64,000 nucleotides of DNA from an uncultured Candidatus Rokubacteria bacterium (GTDB lineage Bacteria > Methylomirabilota > Methylomirabilia > Rokubacteriales > CSP1-6): NCBI GenBank assembly GCA_963747235.1, contig CAVVEU010000024.1, positions 128,001 through 192,000 of the forward strand. The letters are read 5' to 3'. Of this stretch, positions 44,549-53,354 are shown one piece after another; the stretch's first letter is position 1; each line of letters starts with the position of its first letter. The position numbers and the translations under genes were made by a program. The notes beneath the pieces are model-generated. The model was given only the letters and a program-made list of their open reading frames with translations. It made no database searches and was not told where the DNA came from.

Positions 44549-47502
44549 ATGGCCGATCGGCGCGAGCGCGAGCTGCTGCTGGGCATCTTCCTGATGGAGG
44601 CCTGGGATACCGCCGGGGCCATCGAGGAAGGGCTCGACCGGCTCACCTCCGCGGAGGCCCCGACCGAGGAGGCCCTCGCGACGCTCGTCGTCTTCGCGCA
44701 TCGCCTGAAGGGCTCGGCCGCGCTCCACGGCTTTCCCGGCGTCTCGGAGCTGGCCGGCGGGACCGAGCGGCTGCTCGAGCGCGCCCCCACCGCGTCGGCC
44801 GAGGAGCGGGCGCGCTCGGCCGTCTTCCTGGACGGCCTCGTCGGTCTCCTGAAGGAAGTCTTCGACGGCATCAGCGCGGTCGGGATGGAGGACTCGGCCC
44901 GCATCGGGGAGTTCAAGTCCCGCTATCCCATGTTCTTCTCCGCCGCGGTCGTCGCGCCCCGTCCGGTCGTCGAGCCGGCTGCCGACACATCGCCCGAGCC
45001 GTCCATGATCGCGCCGGCTCCGCTCCGGTCTCGCCGCTGATCGCCGATCTGCGGCGGTTCTTCGCCGAGGGCGGTGAGGTTCTGGAGTACTTCGTGCCCG
45101 AGGCCGCCGAGCATCTGGAGGCGATGACCACGGCCCTGCTCGCCATCGAGGGCGGCGCGCGCGACGAGGACACCCTCGCGACCGTCTTCCGGGCCGCGCA
45201 CACGCTCAAGGGCGCGGCGTACACGGTCGGCTGCGCGCCGCTCGGCGACGCCACCCACCAGATCGAGGATCTCCTCGACGCGGTGCGCGAGCACCGACTT
45301 CCCGTCACGCCGGCGGTGACCGAGGCGATCTTCGCGGGAACCGCGGCCATCAAGCGGGTGCTCCAGTCCGGGGCCGCGGTCTCCGACGAGGCCGCGCAGG
45401 CGCTGGAGCGCGCGACCCGCGACCTGTGCGTCCTGACGGCGTCGGAGAGCCTGCGCGAGCGCGCGGCCCCGCGGCCCGCGGTCGAGGTTCCCGAGCTGGT
45501 CGCGGCCGAGGCGCCGGAGCCTCGCGCTGCCGGCCTCGGTGGAGCTGCCGGCCTTCGTCCGGCCGGAGTTCCTGGCCCGGCTCGAGGCGCTCCCGCGGCC
45601 GGCCCCCCGCGCGGCGAGCGCGCCGACCGGTCCGAGCATCCGGGTGCCGGTGGAGCGGCTCGACACCCTGATGAACCTGGTGGGCGAGCTGATGATCGCG
45701 CGGAGCCGCCTCGACCGGCGTCTGGCCCAGCTCGACCAGGTGAGCGAGCTGCTCCTCGCCAGCCGCACGCGCCTGGGCCAGGTCGGCCGCGACTTCGAGT
45801 TTCGCCGGCAGGCGCCCACGATGCCTCGCGACGACCGCGCCGAGCGCGACGACGCGGGCGAGCTGCGCGACATCTCGGAGCTCTTCGCCGAGCTCGAGTT
45901 CGATCGCTACGACGACATCAGCATCCTGGCCCGCAGCGTGACCGAGATGTCGGCCGACGTGGCCGAGGTGCAGAGCCAGCACGCGATCCTGCTGCGCAAC
46001 ATCCGGGAGGATACCGTCCAGATCCAGCGCCTGACCGCGGCCCTCCGCAAGGAGATCACGCGCGCGCGCATGGTGCCCATCGGCCGGCTCTTCGCGCGGG
46101 TGGCCCAGCAGGTGCGGGAGGCGGCGCGGGCCACCGGGAAGGCGGTGACCCTCACGGTGCGCGGGGAGTCGGCGGAAGTGGACAACGGAATCATCGAGCA
46201 GATCGCCGACCCGCTGTTGCACCTGATCCAGAACGCGGTCGCTCACGGCATCGAGTCGGCCCCGGAGCGCGAGAGCCGCGGCAAGGCGGCCTCCGGCCAC
46301 GTGACCCTGTCCGCGTCCCAGGAGGGCAGCTTCATCCTGGTGGAGGTGGAGGACGACGGGCGCGGGATCGACACCGAGGTGTTGCGCCGGCACGCGGTGG
46401 AGCGCGGGTTCCTGCCCGCGGCCGAGGCCGCGACGCTGCCCGAGGGTGAGGTCCTGAACCTCATCTTCGTGCCGGGCTTCAGCACCGCCTCCGCGGTGAC
46501 CCAGACCGCCGGCCGCGGGGTCGGCCTCGACGTCGTGCGCACCAATGTGAGCCGGCTCAACGGCGAGATCCACGTCGAGACCGAGGCCGGCCGCATGACG
46601 CGCTTCGTGCTGAAGCTGCCCCTCACGATGGCGATCGCGGACGCGCTGATGGTGCGGTGCGGGTCGGAGACCGTGGCGTTCCCGCTCACCGCGGTGAGCG
46701 CGATGCGCTCGGTCGCGCCCCACGAGATCCAGACCGCGGGCGGGCGGGAGACCGTGCAGCTCGACGACCGGATGATCGACCTCGTCCGCCTCGATCGGGC
46801 CCTGGGCCTCGTCGCGGCTCCGCCGCCCTCGCGCCTGCCGGTGGTGGTAATGCGCGGCGGCGGCAAGCCGTTCGGCGTGGTGGTGGACGAGCTCCTGGGC
46901 AAGGAAGAGATCGTCATCAAGAACCTGGGCGCGCTCGTCGACGGGATGGGCCCGTTCTCGGGCGCCACGATCTCGGGCGAAGGTCGCGTGATCCTGCTCC
47001 TCGATCCGACCCTCCTCCGCGAGGCGGCGGCGCGAAAGCCGGCCGCCCCGGTGCGCGAGCCGGCAGGCGCGTCGCTCGACGACCTCGCCCCACCGTCATG
47101 CTGGTGGACGATTCGGTGAGCATCCGGAAGTTCGTGGGCCAGATGCTGGAAAAGGCCGGCTTCCAGGTCGTCACCGCGATCGATGGCCACGACGCGCTCG
47201 AGCAGCTCCTGGAGCGGACGGTGGACGTGGTCGTCACCGATCTCGAGATGCCGCGCGTGAACGGGTACGCCCTGATCGAGGACCTGAGGCGTCGGCCGGC
47301 GACCCGCGAGGTCCCGGTGATCGTGATGACGACCCGAGCGGGCGACAAGCACGCGAACCTGGCCCATCGCCTGGGCGTGCGCCACTACATCACGAAGCCG
47401 GTGGACGAGCAGAGCTTCGTACGGATCGTCGAGTCGGTCGCGGCGGGAGAGCGGGCGCTCGAAGTGGCCGGCGTCCCGCGCGCCGGGAGCCTGGTGGACT
47501 AG
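44549..47502 (+). CDS. cheA: Hybrid CheA (ChpA-like: 2xHpt, dimerisation, HATPase, CheW, REC), frameshifts near 45018, 45520, 47087
   Basis: AHRLKGSA and AHTLKGAA Hpt motifs, RVPVERLDTLMNLVGEL, HLIQNAVAHGIE, DDGRG, GFST..GRGVGLDVV, C-terminal VDDS..TDLEMP..TKP. Confidence 0.9.
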
Positions 47503-47505
47503 GCG

Positions 47506-48399
47506 ATGGCCGACGCCAAGGTGCTCGTGGTGGACGCCAACCAGGACAGCCGGGTCGCGCTGGCCCATGCGCTCGCGGAGGCCGGCTACGAGGCGGCGGT
47601 CGCGACGAGCGGCTCGTTCGCGCTGACCATGCTCGAGTGGGAGCAGCCCGACCTCATCGTGAGCTACGCCAAGGTGCAGGACATGGACGGCTACGAGCTG
47701 TTCACGATGGTGCGGCGCGATCCCGCGACGAAGGACACGCCCTTCCTGCTCCTGGCCGGCCGCGATCGGCCCATCGCGCTGGCCGCCACCGAGGCCGGCG
47801 TGGACATGACGGTCACCGGGGACTTCACCCTGGCCACCGTGATGTCGCGCATCAAGGAGCTGCTCGGCGACGAGCCGCCCGCCGCCCCGGTGCGCCGCCC
47901 GGAGCCGCCCGCGGCCGCCAAGGGGCCCGCCAAGATGCCGGCGCGGCCGCCCGCCGCTCCCGCCGTCGCGGCGCCCGCCGCCAAGAGCGCGCTCGAGCCC
48001 GGGCGCAGCAGCTTCCAGGGCTCGCTCGGGGTGATGGACCTGACCGAGCTCACCCAGGTCATCTCGCTCGGGGTCAAGACCGGCGAGCTCCTGCTGTCGC
48101 TGTCGGGCGGCGAGGGGAGCATCCTCTTCGAGGCGGGCCGGGTCATCCACGCCGAGTTCGCGGGCAAGACCGGGGAGCCCGCCTTCGCGGCGATGGTGGG
48201 CGCCTCCCAGCGGGAAGGCGAGGCGCGCTTCTGCTTCAACCGCGCCGAGCGCGAGACGCTGGCGGGACGGCCGCGCACCATCTCGCGCAGCGTGGAGCAG
48301 CTCCTTCTGAGCGTGGCGCAGGCGATCGACGAGGGAACCCAGGGAGCCGACGGGCGCCGGGAGGCCGCCGCCGCCCGTGGACCGCGGCGGGACGGATAG
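47506..48399 (+). CDS. Pseudo-receiver plus DUF4388 (PATAN-like) domain protein
   Basis: REC fold with PDLIVSY at the phospho-Asp position and no KP; C-terminal FQGSL..DLTELTQ..KTGELLL..G.I.F..GRVIHAEF. Confidence 0.78.
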   Translation: MADAKVLVVDANQDSRVALAHALAEAGYEAAVATSGSFALTMLEWEQPDLIVSYAKVQDMDGYELFTMVRRDPATKDTPFLLLAGRDRPIALAATEAGVDMTVTGDFTLATVMSRIKELLGDEPPAAPVRRPEPPAAAKGPAKMPARPPAAPAVAAPAAKSALEPGRSSFQGSLGVMDLTELTQVISLGVKTGELLLSLSGGEGSILFEAGRVIHAEFAGKTGEPAFAAMVGASQREGEARFCFNRAERETLAGRPRTISRSVEQLLLSVAQAIDEGTQGADGRREAAAARGPRRDG

Positions 48400-48402
48400 A
48401 TC

Positions 48403-49284
48403 ATGCCCAAGGTGCTGGTCGTAGACGACAGTCTCAGCGTTCGGAAAGTCGTGCAGCGGGCGCTGGAGTCGAAGCGCATCGAGGTGCTGTCGGCGGCCTC
48501 GGGAAGCGAGGCGATGGAGCAGATCGCGCGCGAGGCGCCGGACCTCATCGTCTGCGACGTGATCATGCCGGACATGGACGGCTACCAGATCTGCGACTTC
48601 GTGAAGAAGCATCCGACCCTCGGGCACACGCCGGTGCTGCTGATCTCGGGCATCGTCAACAGCACCGTGCTCGAGCGCGCCGCCAAGGTTCGCTCGGATG
48701 ACGTGATGCGGAAGCCCTTCGCGGCCGACGAGCTCCTGCATCGCATCGAGAGCCTGCTGCCCGCCGCGGGGCGCCCCGCGCCGGCCGCTGCGCCCCCGCC
48801 GGTTGCCGGGGCTGCCCCGACCGCGTCGGCCGCGGCTCCGACCCCGGCGCCCGAGCGTCGTGCGCCCCAGCCCGAACGCCCGGCTCCCGTCGCGGAGCCG
48901 GTCGCGGTCGCCGCGCCGGCGCCTGCGCCGGGTCCCGATCTCAAGGCGTTGCTCGCCGGGGTGGCCGAGCTGGCCGGGGTCTCCCTGATCGCGCTGATCG
49001 ACCGCGAGGGGGCCCTGATGGAAGTCGCGGGCGGGCTCCTTCCCGAAGCCGAGCTCGCGGGGGCCCTCGCGGCTTGTCTCGTCGAGTCGACCGACGGGGT
49101 GGGCCGGGCCCTGACCCAGGGGCGTCTCCAGAGCTTGATCCTCGAATACGACGCGGGTGTCGTGCTGCTGAATGCCGTCGGTGCGGGCGCGATGCTCGCG
49201 GTCGTTCTTGGCGATCCGGCGGTGCTCGGCAAGGTGCGGTACCACGTGAAGAAAGCGCTCCCGGACCTGGTCCGGGCGGTGTGA
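48403..49284 (+). CDS. Receiver (RomR-like) - Pro/Ala linker - roadblock/LC7 domain protein
   Basis: MPKVLVVDDSLSVRKV..CDVIMP..RKPF; C-terminal GVSLIALIDREG..LILEYDAG..LGKVRYHVKK roadblock pattern. Confidence 0.82.
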   Translation: MPKVLVVDDSLSVRKVVQRALESKRIEVLSAASGSEAMEQIAREAPDLIVCDVIMPDMDGYQICDFVKKHPTLGHTPVLLISGIVNSTVLERAAKVRSDDVMRKPFAADELLHRIESLLPAAGRPAPAAAPPPVAGAAPTASAAAPTPAPERRAPQPERPAPVAEPVAVAAPAPAPGPDLKALLAGVAELAGVSLIALIDREGALMEVAGGLLPEAELAGALAACLVESTDGVGRALTQGRLQSLILEYDAGVVLLNAVGAGAMLAVVLGDPAVLGKVRYHVKKALPDLVRAV

Positions 49285-49295
49285 GGCCTTCCTCC

Positions 49296-52233
49296 ATGAG
49301 AACGTCCTATCATTCCGTGTCCAGCGCCCAGCGACTCTCGTCGTGGCTGATGGCGGTGCTGGGGCTGGCCGCGTATGTCGGCCTCATCTACGTCCTGACC
49401 CTCGTGCCTCTTCAGTTCGAGGTGCCGCTGCCGAAGTGGGCCGTCGCGAGCATCCCTCCGGTGGCGTACGGCCTGCTGGTCTGGCTATGGGTTCGCCGTC
49501 CATCCGTCGTGCGCTGGCTCGTGGGCACCGCGGTCCTGAGCGGCCTCCACGTCTTGCTGAGCATGTCGCGGGAGCCGCTCAGTGCGCTGCTCGATCCGGC
49601 GCTCGCGGGGCGCGCCCTGCCCTGGATGCTGCCGCCGCCCTTGCCGGAGCTGATCGGCGTGATGCTGCTCCTGGTGCCGCTCCGTGATCTGCTGCACGCG
49701 CCCGTCCGCCTTCCCCGCGAGCGGAGCGCCGTTGCCGCGCGCCCGTCGGCGAGTCTTCGGGCTCGCGCCGCCACGCCCGCGCGCGTGCAGGCCGCGCCCC
49801 CGCTCGAGGGCATGGGATCCCTGAGCGACGCGCTGCTCTCGCGAAACGAGCCGGCTCCCGAGCCGGGCGTGATTCCCGCTCCGATGATGCCGATGGCGCC
49901 GCCCCCGCCCCGCGCCGGTACCGGACGAGGAGCCCCGTCGCCGCCGCGCCGCCGCCGCGAAGCGCCGGCGCGAAGCGCAGCCGGCCCGTGCGCCCGGCCG
50001 ATCGGAAGTGGTGCTGCGGATCGCGCTCGACCGCGTCATGGACCAGTTTCCCCCCGGCACCTTCCTCGCCCCGGAGGATGAGGTCGCGGCGAGCCTGAGC
50101 GACCCCGGCTTCCTGCGGATCTCGGGCGAGCTCGTGGTCACCCAGCTCTCGGAAGGCGTGGCGCGGGTCGCGTGGAACGATATCGCCGACCAGTTCCCGG
50201 CCCACCTGGTGGGATTGAGCAAGGCCGAGATCGCCGAGCACCTGGGAGACGGTCTACGGCTTCCCCTCGATGAGGTCATCAGCCAGTTCCCGCAGGAGCT
50301 GTTCGTCGCGGACACGCCGGAGGTCGAGATCCACGGGCTCCACCGGATCCCGGTCCCGTTCCATCCGATGGAGGAGTCTGCCGCGCCGAGCGAGACGGCC
50401 GCGGTGATCCCGCCGGAGCCGGAGATCACACCGGCACCGGAGATCAGGCCGATGCCGCTGCTGGACGCGCCGACCGCGGCGACGAAGGAGAGCAAACCGG
50501 TGCCGCCCGCGGTGCCGTCGTGGATGGCGCCGCAGCGCGTGGAGCATCTCGATCCGGTCGAGATCGAGGCACCCGCCGCGCCCCAGCCGATCGAGGTGCA
50601 GGAGCATGAGCCGGCCCCGGTCGACCGCTGGGCCGCCGCTCCCGAGAGCGACGAGCCGACGGTGCGCATCTCCTGGAGTCGCGTGGCAGCGGAGCTTCCC
50701 GTGGAGGCGTTCAACGTCCCGCTGGACCAGGTGGCCGAGCGGATGCGTCAGCCCGGCGCGCTGCTGATCCCGCAGTCGCTCGTGCTGCCTCAGCTCGCGG
50801 AGGGCCTGATCCGCGTGGGCTGGGACGTGATCGCGCCGCAGTTCCCCCGTGAGGCAATGGCCGTGTCGGACACGGAGATGGCGGAGCGCCTGCCGAACGG
50901 CCTTCGTCTCCCGCTGGACGAGATCGTCCGGCAGGTTCCACTGGATCTCTTCATGGCCGTCGGCCCGGCCGCCGACGTCCGCGGCCTCGAGTACTTTCCG
51001 GCGCCCTTCCAGCCCCTCGTGTCGGATCCGGCACCCGAGGCGCCGGTCGAAGCGCCCGTTCCCGAGCCCGAGATCGAGACCCCCGGGATCGAGACTGTAG
51101 TCGCCGAGGAGTCGCGGGAGCTCGTGGTCGAGCCTGCGCCCGCTCTCGTCCTGCCCACGGAACCCGAGCCCATCGTGGCCGACGATCCGGTGGTCGACCT
51201 CGTGCCGGATCCGATCGAGGAGCTTCCGGTCGTCCCGATGGTCGAGCCGGACCGTCCTCTCGATCTCGACACGCACGTCGTGCTCGACGAGCCTTCGCGG
51301 GTCGTGACCGCTCCGAGCCCGGCGATCGCGCCGGCCCGCGCGCCGCTGCCCCAGCCCGCATTCTCCTGGCCGAAGCCGTCGCCGGCCCGGGCCGCCGTCA
51401 CGACCTGGGCCGATCCGACGCCGGCCGCGCCGACCCCCGCCGCGCTCGTCCCGGGCCCCGCGGAGGCGGCGGAGGCCAGGCGCATCGTCGCGCTGCTGGC
51501 GCCGATCGCGTCCTTCGACGTGAGCGTCCAAGCGGTCGAGGGCGTCACCGTCTTTGCGATGGCCTCGCCCACGGTGGCGCATGAAACCGCGGTCGCGGTG
51601 GCGGGTCTCGCGCTGCCCCTGTTCACGGATCGCCGTCCGCCGTGGCCGGTGGATCAGATCACGTTGCGCGGGCCGGAGACGGCCGTCGTGCTGACCCCGC
51701 TCGGTGGTCCGGGCGATCGTGGCCCCGTCCTCGCGGCCGCGGCGCCCCGCGGCGGCGCCCTCGCGCTGCTCGAGATCCTCTGCCGGCGCGCCGCGGACGA
51801 CCGCGCCGGGCGCCCCGCGGGCCCGGGCCACGATGTGGTTCCGGCGGTCAGCTCGAGCCTGGCCCCGGCGGCGGTGCCGAGCCGGGCGGCGGCTCTCACG
51901 CGAGGGCTGACCGCGTTCGGCGACGTCACCGCGTCGGTGCTGAGAGACGCGGAAAGCGAAGCGGTTCTCTACTTCTTCCTGCCGGCGGGAGACGACGTGC
52001 CCGCGGTGGGAGCGTTCGCGCAGGACCTCCACGCCGTGATGCGCAAGGCGGCGGGGTCAGGCGCCGTGTTCCGGACCGCGATCCTGCGATCCGGCGACAC
52101 GCTCCTCGTCATCCAGCCCGAGGAAATCGGGCATGGGCGGTCGATCGTCATCGTCGCGGGTGGATCCGTCACCCGGCCCGGCTTGGCCTATCGCCAGGTC
52201 GAGCGCGCGGCGGCGACGCTGATGTCGGCCTGA
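49296..52233 (+). CDS. Large membrane-anchored protein with a duplicated ~120-aa domain and two degenerate roadblock domains, frameshift near 49910
   Basis: 3-4 hydrophobic N-terminal helices in ORF 49074-50081; removing one C joins it to ORF 50008-52233; tight operon spacing on both sides. Confidence 0.7.
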
Positions 52234-52242
52234 GGCGACTCG

Positions 52243-52860
52243 ATGTCGATCATCAACTACGCGCAAAAAGAGATCAGCTTCAAGATCGTCTACTACGGCA
52301 CCGGCGTGGCCGGGAAGACCGCCAACCTCCAGTACATCTACCGCGGGCTCCCGGACGTCAACCGCGGCAACATGGTGTCGCTCGCGACGGGAGACGATCG
52401 GACCCTCTTCTTCGACTTCCTGCCGGTCTCCGCGGTGACGGTGCGGAACTTCGTGGCCAAGTTCCAGCTCTACACGGTGCCGGGCCAGATCTACTACAAC
52501 ATGACGCGCAAGCTCGTGCTGCGGGGCGTCGACGGCATCGTCTTCGTCGCGGACTCGCAGTGGGATCGCCTGCCCGAGAACGTGGAGAGCTTCAGAAACC
52601 TCGAAGAGAATCTCAAGGAGTACGGGTACAATCTTGACGAGATCCCGTACGTGATCCAATACAACAAGCGGGATCTGCCCAACGTGGCTCCGGTGGAGTA
52701 CCTCGAATACATGCTGAACCGGAAAAGTCGGCGGGTCCCGTACTTCGAATCGGTCGCCGTCGAGGGCAAGGGCGTGTTCGACACGCTCAACACTGTCTCT
52801 CGCATGGTCCTCGTCGCCGGGTTCGGACAAGAACAGGGGGCGCTCAATGAGTCTAAATGA
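52243..52860 (+). CDS. mglA: MglA-family small Ras-like GTPase
   Basis: MSIINY..KEI.FKIVYYG..GKT, DRTLFFDF, LYTVPGQ, GVDGIVFVADSQ, QYNKRDL. Confidence 0.95.
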   Translation: MSIINYAQKEISFKIVYYGTGVAGKTANLQYIYRGLPDVNRGNMVSLATGDDRTLFFDFLPVSAVTVRNFVAKFQLYTVPGQIYYNMTRKLVLRGVDGIVFVADSQWDRLPENVESFRNLEENLKEYGYNLDEIPYVIQYNKRDLPNVAPVEYLEYMLNRKSRRVPYFESVAVEGKGVFDTLNTVSRMVLVAGFGQEQGALNESK

Positions 52861-53335
52861 CAACCTGGCCATCCACGAGGAGGACGCGCAGCGGATCAAC
52901 GGCGTCCTCCTGCACTTCCTGGGCGAGTCGGGTGCGATGGAATCGCTCCTGATCGACCGGAGCGGACAGCTCCTGGCGCGCGGCGGCGCCTCGCGGTCGC
53001 TCGACACCGTGTCGCTCTCCGCGCTCGCCGCGGGCGCGTTCAGCTCGACCGCCGCGATGGCGCGGCTGCTCGGCGAGACCGAGTTCACCATGCTGTTCCA
53101 TCAAGGCGTGAAGGAGAGCATCCACGTGGCCGCGGTGGACGAGCACGCGATCCTGCTCGCCATCTTCGACAGCCGGACCACGGTGGGCATGGTGCGTCTC
53201 TTCGCCAAGGAGGCGGGCACCGCGATCGGGGCCATCCTGGCCGAGACCCGGACGCGGCCTCAGCGCACCGGCGTGCTGTCCACGCCGCTGGGCAAGGACG
53301 AGGTGCAGTCCTCGCTGCGGGAGCGTCCGGTCTAG
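52847..53335 (+). CDS. mglB: MglB-family roadblock protein (cognate GAP)
   Basis: EE..RIN, LIDRSGQL, LDTVSLSALAAG, LLGETEF..FHQG, FDSRTTVGMVRL; overlaps mglA. Confidence 0.92.
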   Translation: MSLNDNLAIHEEDAQRINGVLLHFLGESGAMESLLIDRSGQLLARGGASRSLDTVSLSALAAGAFSSTAAMARLLGETEFTMLFHQGVKESIHVAAVDEHAILLAIFDSRTTVGMVRLFAKEAGTAIGAILAETRTRPQRTGVLSTPLGKDEVQSSLRERPV

Positions 53336-53354
53336 CTGACGGACACCGACTACC

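Noticed and set aside
44549-47502. Programmed frameshifting or a naturally split cheA
   Set aside because: No heptameric slippery sites or downstream RBS/start codons; same indel type as in unrelated neighbouring genes
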